Shown one piece after another: positions 46,151 to 57,213 of a DNA stretch of 64,000 bases (the first letter of the stretch is position 1; the number at the start of each line of letters is the position of its first letter). The notes beneath the pieces were generated by a model. That model was not told the origin of the DNA. It saw only the letters and a list, made by a program, of their open reading frames with translations, and did not search any database. Source of the stretch: a virus (lineage: Duplodnaviria; Caudoviricetes); the IMG/VR virus record IMGVR_UViG_3300029305_007680, positions 5,602 to 69,601 of that record, one strand, 5' to 3'. A program made the translations under genes and the position numbers.

Positions 46151-47432
46151 TTAAGAACCACTATATTTTAGTAATCTTTGTCAATTTGGAACGCCTGAAG
46201 TTTTTATTTTTAGTGCTAGAATAAAACTTCTCATTGATATTACTTTATTGGATTCAATTTTTGTTTTTTCTTCTAGATATTTGAGTACTTCCATTTTATC
46301 TTCCATAGATTGATCTTTTTCTATATTAGGAAGTATTGTTTGAATTCTTTTGATTATATCTTGTTGTTTTAGTGTTATATCGATAATCATTGAACGTGAT
46401 TTAATTGCATCATCTATTTTTGAAGCATGCAAATTTGATATAAATATAACTTTTCCATTGAAATCAAACTGATTTGGATATTTAATCTTTGTACTTGTTG
46501 GATCTGTTTTTAATTTTAATTCTATATCATTATATAATTCTTTTCGTTCTTTTGATGATAACAATTGTACATTTGTTGTCATCGGAGATATTCAAGAAAT
46601 TGATCTTGAATCATATGAATCTAAAGCTGCTTTAAGAATATTAACACCATCGGGATTGGAAAATACAGAATCACAGTCATCGAATACGACTAATGAGTTT
46701 CTATTAACGAAGAGAGTGGAATATAGACCTAACGTTGATGTTTTACCCTTAACAATTGTTCAATTTTTATTCTCAGGTCCTAATCTTTTACTTAAAACTT
46801 CTTTAACAATATGTGTTTTGCCTATACCTGGCATACCAGTTATTAATAATGATGGTTGATTTCCTATAGCAACGACTGTAACTAAGTCTTTTAAATCTTC
46901 GAAGACCGTATCAACATCAGCATATTGAATATTATCGAGAAGTGTTTGACTTTTTTCTATTGATTTAGTTAAAGTTGATTGTTCTGGACTCCCGATCTGT
47001 TACTTGAATTTTTCTAGGTCTTCCTCTTTTTCTTTTAACTGGCTGCTCATCTTCGTTTAATTCTATTGAACCAGGAGCCATAGCGAATGCTTGAACTACA
47101 GTATCAATTGATTGTAAAATATTGAAATTATCAGGAAAATAAACTGTTTTATCTGGCTTATTAAGATTTTTTAATGAGTTTCATATATCTACACTTGTAA
47201 ATGTTGATTTTAGATCATCTTTTTTGAGTCAGTTAAAGCGTATCATTTTTCCATTATTTGTTATATATCGTGCTCCATAACCATCTCTACCATCTGATGA
47301 CTTGAATTCTTCTAATCCTAATGGATATAGATTTTCTCCTATTTTCTTAGATATAACAGATTTTATTAGTTTTTGTGCATCAGATGACATTTTGAAAACA
47401 GCGGCTTCAGACAAATAATATTGTAATCTCAT
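46151..47432 (-). CDS. P-loop/AAA ATPase with an AT-hook (426 aa)
   Basis: MRLQYYLSE; KRKRGRPRK; ITGMPGIGKT; VVFDDCD; extra C at 46994. Confidence 0.75.
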
Positions 47433-47487
47433 TTATCATTTCCTTCTTTATAAATATATCAGATATAATTATTTATAAGAGGATTTA

Positions 47488-48250
47488 ATGAGATTTTCTA
47501 ATTATATAAAAGAAAGTATTAATGATGTTGGTATATTTAAGGCTATATTTATGGGTGGAACTCCTGGAGCTGGAAAATCTTATGTGATATCTAAAATATC
47601 ATCAGGAAGAATAGAGCCCAGAATTGTTAATACCGACAAATTTACTGAGTTTATTGGTAATGGATATAATGTTGATTGGGATGTTTATGGTTCTAAGATA
47701 GAAACATTAACAAAAAAACAATTTATTCATTATATTAATGGTATTTTACCATTATGAATAGACAGTACTTCAAATAATCCATTAACAATGTCAAGAAGAT
47801 CACGGAATTTTGAAAAGTATTGGATATGATGTTGGTATGATTTGAGTGGAAACTGATTTAGAGGTAGCAATTGATAGAGCTAAAAAGAGAAAACGTTCAG
47901 TTCCAGAAGATTATATCAGACTTATACATAAACGAACATTGTCATTAAAAAATCAATATCGTGAAATATTCCAATATTTTAAGATAATAAAAAACAATGA
48001 CGGTGAACTTACAAATGATGTAATAAATCAAGCATTCAAATCAACATATAGTTTTTATACTGAACCGATAAAAAATAAAGATGGTATACGATTATATAAT
48101 GCAATGAAAGAAAAGAATGTGAAATATTTAACGGAATTGCATGAAAGTGTTTCAAATAATTTGAAAAAATTAGTGAATACATGATATATGCTCGATATGG
48201 AAAAGAATGCTAAACTTTGAATATTGGGAAAAGATTTTAGAAAAGGTTAA
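47488..48250 (+). CDS. Zeta-toxin-like P-loop kinase
   Basis: MRFSNYIKE; AIFMGGTPGAGKS, IVNTD and WIDST; extra C at 47803. Confidence 0.7.
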
Positions 48251-48294
48251 CAATTTTAGAAAAATTGATATAATTTTCATAAAAGGAAACATAA

Positions 48295-48750
48295 ATGGAA
48301 ATTATATATTTGGTGGGATTACCTGCAGTAGGGAAATCAACATTTATTACTAAAAATTTTCCTAATCATTATGTTGTATCTAATGATATTATTATCGAAG
48401 AATATGCTAAGCAATATAATATGAAATATAATGAAGCGTTCGGGAAATTGTCTTCAAAAGAAGTTAAAAGGGAATGTAAAAAACGTTTTAACAAAGCAAT
48501 AGAAAAGAATTATAATATTGTTATAGATAATACAAATCTTACTGTTCGTTCGAGACAGTTATATGAACATGAAAATTATAGAAAAGTTGCTTATGTTTTT
48601 AATATATCTGAAGAAAAACATAAGCAACATATAGAAAAAAGATTGAAAGAAACAGGAAAATATGTTCCTGAAAGTGTTATAGAGCAAATGAAAAATATAT
48701 TTGTTTATCCCTCAAAAGAAGAAGGATTTGATGAAATTATAAATGTCTAA
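48295..48750 (+). CDS. P-loop kinase (AAA_33 / polynucleotide-kinase-like)
   Basis: VGLPAVGKST and IVIDNTNL. Confidence 0.8.
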   Translation: MEIIYLVGLPAVGKSTFITKNFPNHYVVSNDIIIEEYAKQYNMKYNEAFGKLSSKEVKRECKKRFNKAIEKNYNIVIDNTNLTVRSRQLYEHENYRKVAYVFNISEEKHKQHIEKRLKETGKYVPESVIEQMKNIFVYPSKEEGFDEIINV

Positions 48751-48851
48751 ATTGCATTAAGAAATTTCGTTATAATTTTCTTTAATCTATTTGTCTCTGA
48801 TTTATTTCATCCTAATTCATTTTGCTCATTTGTAAAATATTTTTTATATAA

Positions 48852-49061
48852 TCAAATAGCAATAGGATGTCTAGCATCTATATTTTCATTGAGTTTGTTT
48901 ATATAATCATTAAAATCAGAATCAAACATATTTCTTAGATACAATTTTGCTTCTAAAGCTAACATCGGTTGTGGATAATTAAAAAATAATTCTAAAATTT
49001 TAATTTTATTTGTCTTTTTTTCATCAATTAAGAATATATTAAGTTTATTTAGTGTTTCCAT
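48852..49061 (-). CDS. Hypothetical protein
   Basis: ORF track; RBS gagg. Confidence 0.4.
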   Translation of the reverse strand: METLNKLNIFLIDEKKTNKIKILELFFNYPQPMLALEAKLYLRNMFDSDFNDYINKLNENIDARHPIAI

Positions 49062-49100
49062 ATTAACCTCATTTATATGCTTATTTATTTGGAGATATGT

Positions 49101-49779
49101 ATGAAATATTTAGCTGTTGGAGATATACATCGGAAGGTTTGATAGATTAGAGAAAGCTATCAATGATTTAAAAGATAAAGGAACTGATTATCAATTTGTG
49201 TTTTTAGGGGATTATATTGATAGGGGTCCCCAATCAAAAGATTGTATTGATTTATTGATTGATTTTAAGAAAAAACGTCCAGAATCTATATTTCTATTAG
49301 GTAATCACGAAGAATTTGTTTTAGGTATGTATTGTAGAGAACTTTTACAAAAAGATTCTGCATTGATATATGAGACAAAACTTGATATAAGTAGAATATG
49401 AGCAAATAATGGAGGGAATAAAACATTAGCATGTTATGAAAATAGAATGATTTCTGATGAACATTTGGAATTTATTAAATCGTTAAATTATATATATCAA
49501 CAAAGGCGATTAATATTTGTTCATGCTGGAATCAATAAAACTAAACCATTAAGTGAAAATACAACAGAGGATATATTATGAATTAGAAAGCCATTTGGAT
49601 TCAAGTATGAGCAACAAAGAATCGTTGTTCATGGACATTCTATTGTAAGAAAGGTATTTTTAGATACAGTGGAGAATTCAATATGTGTTGATACAGGAGC
49701 TATTCTTGATGATGGTAAGTTGTCTGTCTTAGAAATAGAAGATAATCAACATGTTTTAAATGTACATGAGTACAAATAG
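49101..49779 (+). CDS. Calcineurin-like metallophosphoesterase (Ser/Thr phosphatase type)
   Basis: GDIHG (extra C at 49131), [22 protein letters not shown] and VDTG. Confidence 0.88.
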
Positions 49780-49790
49780 GAGAATTTATT

Positions 49791-49938
49791 ATGAAGTTTT
49801 TACTGGGATATTTTTACACATTCGTTTCTACTTTTGTTTTTACATGTGGTATTTTTTCTCTTTTAATAAATGACTATACATTCACAAATTTAGGCATGGC
49901 TGTTTATGATGCTGTAGGCGGAAGACTCAGTGACTAAT
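49791..49938 (+). CDS. Small hydrophobic protein (possible holin-like)
   Basis: 48 aa, one long hydrophobic stretch, directly upstream of the muralytic gene. Confidence 0.3.
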
Positions 49939-50580
49939 TTACTATGATTCGTTGTGTTCTCATGTTTTCTATTATATCCAACAACTTTAGATACGGATGT
50001 AATAGAAAACATACCAATAGATAATAAGATATTAACATATAATATTGGAGAATTTAACGAAACATATGAATTATATAAAACATTAACAGATATTCTTATA
50101 AAACATAACATATATTCTGATGAACTTTTGTTTTTATTATTGGGGATTTCAGCTGTTGAAACATATAATGGACAATATCTTAATAATCCAGTAGCAAGGG
50201 GATTATTTCAGATAGAACCGAAAACAGCGGAATTTACACTTAAAAAGGCTCAGAAAAATGAAGAATGACTTGATTTATTAGAAGCAACATCATGAGATGG
50301 AATATCTTTAAGAAAACAACTTAGAGATAATCTTGAATATCAAGTTATTATGTTATATATGACACTTCAAGTTAAAGGTGTTAATATATCAAAATTGCAA
50401 TTAAATAGAAATAATTTAGCAGAAATATGAAAGAAATATTGAAACACATACAAAGGCAAGGGAACAACAAATCAATTTAAACGAAGATGAAAAGAATTAA
50501 ATATAGATAAAATAAAACAACAACATATCATAAATAATTTTAGGAATGAAAATGGAAAAACCAATAAAAAAGAAAAATAA
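49930..50580 (+). CDS. Lytic-transglycosylase/lysozyme-like protein with an N-terminal hydrophobic segment
   Basis: ISAVET...ARGLFQIEPKT...WKKYWNTYKGKGT; 6 TGA=Trp. Confidence 0.6.
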
Positions 50581-50785
50581 GAAACATATCATAAACCAAA
50601 ATGAATTTAAAGAACGATTTATAAAAAATGTAAATAAACAATTAAAAAATGGAATTAATGTTATTTCATATAGAGAATTAATTGGTGAAGGTATGTCGCA
50701 AGAAACATTTTGAGATGTTATAAATCAGTTTACTGAAAATGGGTGAAAAATAAACATAGGAGAATTTGACATAGAAGTCATATAA
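50552..50785 (+). CDS. Hypothetical protein
   Basis: Open frame with TGA=Trp. Confidence 0.4.
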
Positions 50786-51118
50786 ATGGATTTATATATG
50801 GAATTTCAAGAAGTTAAAGAAAAATTTATAGATGGATTTATATTAGATAGACCATATAGAAGAATACAACTTTTAATTAATGGTCATGAATCATCATGAA
50901 AAACTGATATAAAAGATGAAATCATTGCTGATGAACATAATCTTCGTTCGTTTGTTTCTTTTATAAAAAAATTTCTTGATTCCGAAAAAATAGATAGACC
51001 ATACTCAATATATAATGCTAAAAGAGAAGGTTTAACAACACCTGAAGATACGAAAATATATATTAAAGATAGAAAAATATTGGAAAAGCATTTAACAAAT
51101 CTAGCTAAAAAATTGTAA
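50786..51118 (+). CDS. Hypothetical protein
   Basis: Open frame with TGA=Trp. Confidence 0.45.
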
Positions 51119-51128
51119 GGAGTTCTAT

Positions 51129-51389
51129 ATGGATATTAATAATTGTAAGGAGTTCCATCATATGAATATTAATAATCTGAATTATGTGGAAAAATGAGCA
51201 GCAAGAGATGAAGAAGGACGATATAGGGATATTATTGTTATAAGTGATAATGAGCCTACAATAATGATGGGAAGATGAGATTGACGAGACAATAATAATT
51301 TCTGGTCATTAGGTCCTAATCAATGTAATATAAGTATCAGACCGGGTGAAAAGAAAAAAATCAAAGTTTTCATGATTCCAGCAGAATAA
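51129..51389 (+). CDS. Hypothetical Trp-rich protein
   Basis: RBS aggag; open only if TGA=Trp. Confidence 0.45.
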
Positions 51390-51401
51390 AATTATATTAA
51401 A

Positions 51402-51443
51402 AAACCTCCGATAAATAATTCAATACTTTATCGGAGGTTTTTT
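51402..51443. terminator. Hairpin (terminator-like) that also covers the GGAGG RBS of the next family A gene
   Basis: aaaaaacctccgataaa...tttatcggaggtttttt. Confidence 0.65.
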
Positions 51444-51447
51444 ACAT

Positions 51448-52845
51448 ATGAAAGTATTATCAAATTTAGAATTCAAAAATAGTACATATATTCTTAATAA
51501 GTTTGAAGATTTTCCTGAAAATCCAGTTGAAGGTACAGTAATCTTCAAAGAAAATGGTCTGTACATCTATTCAACTAATATTACATCTAGAAATCTTGAA
51601 TGACTTAATATTCTTGATTTTACAAGAGTTAATTCATCATTCAAATTCGAACAAGGTACGGAAAACACTGAATGAAATATAGTACATAACTTAAACACTC
51701 AAGATCTATTTGTAATTGTCTATGACTCAAATGGAAATAAACAAATTGAATCTGAAATTCAATTTCAAAATGATGACAAAATCAAATTAATATTCTCTGA
51801 ACCAATATCTGGTAAAGCATTATTATTCGGAGCTTCAGTCATATCCAGTCCATCTAACGTGTATACAAAAGAAGAAATAGATGAATTATTAAAAAATGTA
51901 TCAGGTGGTTCTGGAAATATTGTATTACCTGAGAATGGAACAGATGGTCAGGTATTGATTAAGGATTCAAGTACCGAATCCGGATTGAATTGGAGTGATA
52001 AAATAGATGGCAAATCTGCATATGATATAGCTAAAGAAGATGGATTTGAAGGTTCAGAGGAAGAATGATTAGAGTCATTAAAAGGAACATTTGAATTAGC
52101 CAGAGGATTTAATTGTGCAATAATAGTTCCTGAAAATTCAACCTGAACTAATTATACTAAAAATATTATAATAGATTCAAATTTACCAAGCCCAATAACA
52201 ATAAATCAAAGCATTTCATTAGATTCTCCTTTTGGAAACACTCCTTGTATCTGTATTCCATATATTAAAAATCCAGATACAAATCAATGACAAACAGTAT
52301 CACCATTTAGATATAGTAGTAGTGCAGATACAACATTTGGATTTATTGTTGCTATTCCAGGTGATGGAAAAATATATATTGAAACTGCATCCAGACTTAT
52401 TGGGGCAACACCTACATCAAATTCAGGAGTAGTTGCTCCTAGAAATAATACAACTTTATCTAATAACGTAACCTCTGCTGAAATGATATTAATTGTATTT
52501 GCGCCTAATACAGGAAAAGTATATTCAGAAGATGAAACTATTATTGGAGCATGAATAGATGGAAAACCTGTCTATAGAAAAGTTTGCAAGATGGCAGGTC
52601 CAACTAGTACAGGGCAAACAACAACATATGATATATCAAATCTAAATATTGACACCATTGTTAAATATGATTCGCATTGAAATTGACCAAACAATAATGT
52701 TGTTCAAGTTCCTTATTCCAATGTCACAGGATTTGCAGTAACAACGTTAGTCGGCAAAGCATCTATAAATAACACAACAACATTATCAGCATGACTTAAT
52801 GCAAATATAACAGTTTTATTAGAATATACAAAAACAACTGATTAA
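51448..52845 (+). CDS. Tail fibre / receptor-binding protein, family A paralog (465 aa)
   Basis: Conserved N-terminus; collagen-associated-type DGKSAYDIAKEDGFEGSEEEWL motif; middle like copy 1-1260 (DSPFGN, PGDGK); ends EYTKTTD. Confidence 0.82.
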
Positions 52846-52886
52846 TATATTTGACACATAAATAAAATTAAAAAAGGGTTTTATTT

Positions 52887-53211
52887 ATGTGTCAATATGT
52901 TTCTAATTGAGCAAATTATAAAATAAAAACTCCGGATGGTTATCAGAGTTTCAAAGGAATTAGAAAACTTTCTAATAAACAAACAATAAAAATCATATTT
53001 GAAAATAATATTTCTATTATCGTAACTCCAGATCATAAATTCAAAGAAAATATAGCATCAAAGTTAAAAATAAATAATTATCTATTTAATGAAAAATATG
53101 GTAATTTGAGAATAATCAATATTATAGATAATCGGATACCAAGATGTTTATGATATTATAGATGTAAATGGAGATCATTTATATTATACGGATGATTTTA
53201 TAAGTCATAAT
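52887..53211 (+). other. Atypically split intein, C-fragment (IntC, about 108 aa)
   Basis: KIKTPDGYQSFKGI, block B VTPDH, block F VYDI, block G ISHN followed by the extein CEF. Confidence 0.85.
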
Positions 53212-53952
53212 TGTGAGTTTACCGGGTCTATTCATACAATAATAAATACAGAATCATTAGAGAGAATGGAAAAGGAATGAATTGAACCTGTAGAAGTTGA
53301 ATTTGATGGAAAACTAAAAATATATGAAAGACCATTAGATGGATACAAATATATATTAGGTGTTGATCCTGCTAAAGGAACAGGTAAAAATAGTTCATGT
53401 ATCCAAGTAATAAAGATAATATCAATTAGTCCAATAAAACTTGAACAAGTAGCTGTATTTAAAGATAATAAAACAGATCCATATGTTTTTTCTAAGTTAT
53501 TAAATAGATTAGGAATATGATATAATACTGGATTGATTATGTTGGAGAATAATGGTGAAGGGGCTGCTGTTATTCAACATATATGATGGACGTATGAATA
53601 TCAAAATTTATATAATACAGGTAATAAAAATAAGGATTTGGGTATAAGAGCAACTCAATCAACTAAGACAAAGGCTGTTCTTTTAATGAAAAAGTTGATT
53701 GAAGAGAAAATGGTTAAGATAGTTGATTATGAAACGATAAAGCAGTTGAATGTGTTTATTGAAACTGACGGAGGTTCATTTAAGGGACAAGATAATATGG
53801 ATGATGATTTATGTTCATCATTATATTGAGCGTTATATGCAATAAATTTAGATATATGAGATGAAAACATTAATATTGTTAATCAGGAAAATGATGAAAT
53901 TGCTTGAGGAATATTGTCTGATATTGATGATTCTACAGAATGAAATTTTTAA
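52887..53952 (+). CDS. terL: Split-intein C-fragment fused to the terminase large subunit nuclease domain
   Basis: Nuclease motifs ILGVDPAKGTG, LENNGEG and DDDLCSSLYWA; no ATPase domain; extra C at 53133; 8 TGA=Trp. Confidence 0.88.
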
Positions 53953-53988
53953 GTTATAGGGAGTTTTTTATTCCCTATAACTTCGGTT

Positions 53989-54228
53989 TTATTTGTAATT
54001 TGAAAGAAGTTTTTCTTTTAAAAGTCTATCTAAAGTTTTATCATTAAGAATTAAATTGATAGCTTGATCTTGTGAGAGACCTTTTTCCATATAATATTCT
54101 AATTGTTTAATATTAGCTTTTGCTTTTAATTCGGCAAGATTCAAAATTGTATCTGAAATCAACGGATAGATTTCTTTAGCAAATTTTTTAATTAAAGAAA
54201 TAACATCATTAGAAAATCCGGATATCAT
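53989..54228 (-). CDS. Hypothetical protein
   Basis: ORF track. Confidence 0.5.
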   Translation of the reverse strand: MISGFSNDVISLIKKFAKEIYPLISDTILNLAELKAKANIKQLEYYMEKGLSQDQAINLILNDKTLDRLLKEKLLSNYK

Positions 54229-54477
54229 TTAATTGTTTCAAAGCTGTAATTAATGAAATCAAATCATCAATGCCATCCAATTTATCTTCTGAATTCATAA
54301 TATAATCTCCTTTTTTGAATCATTTAAATAATTCTTTTTTGAACAGATTTTTTTAGTAATTTTCTTTGAACAATTTAAATGAAATATTTTTAAATTTTGA
54401 ACAGATTTTTTCCGGAAATTTTAAATAATTTTTTAATTTTTGAACTAAATAGTTGAAATTTATTTTCAAGTAATTTC

Positions 54478-54543
54478 AGAATCAAGTAATTTCCCGGAAT
54501 AAATATACTCTCTGCCCCTTATACTTATGTAAATATAAAAATA
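54478..54543. repeat. About 66-bp dispersed direct repeat, copy 2
   Basis: Near-identical to 19152-19217. Confidence 0.8.
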
Positions 54544-54640
54544 ACCTTTTTCCCGGAAAAGTAAACTTTCCTGAAATTATAAATCAGTTATCATTTCTAA
54601 TTTAATATGATATTTTAATCTAAAAATCTTGGAGAATATT

Positions 54641-54877
54641 ATGAATAACGCAATTGAGTCAGAATGATTTGAATATGAAAGCTGGGATTCATATGACCTT
54701 GATTATGGAGATATAGTGTTCCATAATTGCAAATTAAAAAAAGATATTGGTAATTTTAAAGCAGGAGAATTTGTTCCAGACATCAATGTCATTTATTCTA
54801 AATCAATAATAGAAATATATGATGGAAAAGAAACTTTTAGATATAAAATAAAATTAACTATAGAAGACTACGTTTAA
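54641..54877 (+). CDS. Hypothetical protein
   Basis: RBS ggag; TGA=Trp. Confidence 0.5.
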
Positions 54878-54934
54878 AAGAATAAAAAATCTCCTATTTG
54901 TTTTGTATAGATAGGAGATTTTTTATGGAGGATA

Positions 54935-55258
54935 TTATTTTATGACCTTTTTGTTGTCTCCGGCGAGAATAACATTTCAAATAAATCATGCTAAATTTTC
55001 TTTTGTCTTCTGCCTCATAACATCCATTTTATACTTCTTTCTCTTTGCATCACTTATATGCAAACTTTTATCATCTAATATATCCAAAATATCTTTTCTC
55101 AAAACATCAAGCTCAGGATAATCATTAATCTTCTTAATATTATTATATTTCAATCTTAACGCACCTGCAAATGATTTAGGATCATTAGATAACTCGATAT
55201 CATTCATTTCGCCCAAGAAAAATGTAAGCTTACTCTCAATATTATCAAACATAATCAT
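54935..55258 (-). CDS. Hypothetical protein
   Basis: Track ORF extended through TGA to ...WNVILAGDNKKVIK. Confidence 0.5.
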
Positions 55259-55307
55259 TCATTCCTTATAAGATAAATATCTTTAACTTATTTATAAGGA
55301 GTCCAAA

Positions 55308-55913
55308 ATGAAACAAAACTTCTCATACTCATATACAAAAAATATATACGAAAATATGAAATATTCATTCTTCGATAAAGGAAATTACAACCTTAATATA
55401 TTCGGAATCAGAAAAAATGAAACTAAACCCAATTCATTTGATGATTTAATATGTCTGGCTTATAAAGTTGATGATAAAGAATACATGAAAATATATCAAG
55501 CGACAACTGATCCTGGTACATATTGATTAAAAAATCCATCTAATGTTAATGGAACAGCAATATTAGTACCTGGACAATACAAGAAAGCATTTAAAATTGG
55601 ATATCATCAAGGTAAATATGAAGCATTAAAACAAAATACTAAATTCAAAGTTTATAGAGATAATGACAGGAATAATGTTTTGAACTTTAGTGCCCCTATA
55701 TATGAAGGTAGTAGTTTTGGTATTAATATTCATAGAGCAACAGCTAATGATGGTCAAAAATCGGTTCAGGTAGATAAATGAAGTGCTGGATGTCAGGTTA
55801 TAGCAGCTAAAGATGATTTTGATGAATTTATGAATATTATTAGAAAATCAGCTAAATTATATGGAGATGTTTTCACTTATACATTATTCACAGAACAACA
55901 ATTTTTTGGTTAA
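55308..55913 (+). CDS. Putative endolysin with an L,D-transpeptidase-like (YkuD) catalytic motif
   Basis: NIFGIR, TTDPG, LVPGQY and GINIHRA...WSAGCQV; 2 TGA=Trp. Confidence 0.7.
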
Positions 55914-55974
55914 AAATTAGTTTACTTTTCCCCACTTTTTTGTATGAATTTTCAGAAATTCAAGTGGGGAAATT

Positions 55975-56595
55975 ATGAAAATATTCAAATCCGGAGAATT
56001 GATTAAAGCTTCCGATATTAACTCAAATTTTGCTAAAGCTATTAAAACTGATTTATCCAATTGTCCTGTTATCCCATGTAATAAAGGTGGAACCGGTCGA
56101 ACTGACTGTTCAATTGCTTATGCAGATAAAGCAGGTATAGCTGAAATAGCTAAGGGACTTCAATTAGAATCTCGGTTCATCATCAATCCGGTCTAGTTGA
56201 TTTAGAAAATATAAAAGATGTAAATGCTGTATTTACATTTTTAAGTGATGGTAGTCGTAATCATTGAGGAAGAGTTACACTTACAGCTCCTGACTATGGA
56301 AATAAATGATTAGCATTATGAAATTTCAATTGTAAGCTCATATCATATGGTGATAGTGGCTCTCAAAGAGCATATATGGACGTCTGATTTGAAGGTTTAA
56401 AATTCAAAATATGTAATCCTGATGAAGAGGTATTTAATTATTATAGAAATGTCGGATATCAACGTGTTAGCCGGTTATTATTTAGAAGATAAAGTTTTTT
56501 ATCATAATGCTATTTGAGAAGATAATGTATCTGGAAGTGTTAATTTATATAATAATGGTGAGAGAGCTAGTGGAATTTTTATAGCAATAAAATAG
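55975..56595 (+). CDS. Short tail-fibre-like protein, family B paralog (205 aa)
   Basis: Conserved N-terminus; extra C at 56173, 56189 and 56472; APDYGNKW; ends IFIAIK. Confidence 0.75.
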
Positions 56596-56646
56596 TTTTT
56601 AATTAGGTTAACATTTCTAGTTTTCATTTGTAAAATATATAAAAAC

Positions 56647-56732
56647 GGAAGGTAAACCTACTTTGGAGTAGGAATCGTCTCGAAAACGAATTGATGGGTA
56701 AAACCATTGAGGTTCGAATCCTCTGCCTTCCG
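56647..56732 (+). tRNA. tRNA-Ser(CGA)
   Basis: Acceptor GGAAGGT/GCCTTCC, anticodon loop CT-CGA-AA at 56679-56685, long variable arm, GGTTCGAATCC T-arm, G discriminator; CCA not encoded. Confidence 0.85.
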
Positions 56733-56751
56733 CACTAAAAAGAGGTAAAAA

Positions 56752-57213
56752 ATGAAAATAAGAAATTGTTTCGTCAGTAATAGTTCAAGCAGCTCATTCA
56801 TATGTATTGTCAACTCAAATAACAAAGTAATCCCTGAAAAACATGAACTATTCATCGATAATGAATATAGAATCGGTGAACATAATACCGGCGAATACCA
56901 ATTCGGATGGCAAATAGACGTTTATAATGATGTTATCAGCAAAATAAACTTTTCATACATTCAAGCTAAAATTCTAGAAGAAAAAGGAAATTCAGAACCT
57001 ATAAAAATGCTTGAAGAATTGTTAACTGATATATACAAAATTGATAAAATCAAATGGACTAATGTTGATGATTTCTATATAGATCACGCAAGTTCTGCGG
57101 AGGAAGACGAAAATTGTGAAATGTTCGAATCAAAAGAAAGTTTAATGAACTTTATATTTGATTCTGGATCTTATATAGATAATGATAACGACAACAGAGA
57201 GGATTATTACTAA
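56752..57213 (+). CDS. Conserved phage hypothetical protein (FVSNSSSSSF motif)
   Basis: MKIRNCFVSNSSSSSFI. Confidence 0.65.
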   Translation: MKIRNCFVSNSSSSSFICIVNSNNKVIPEKHELFIDNEYRIGEHNTGEYQFGWQIDVYNDVISKINFSYIQAKILEEKGNSEPIKMLEELLTDIYKIDKIKWTNVDDFYIDHASSAEEDENCEMFESKESLMNFIFDSGSYIDNDNDNREDYY

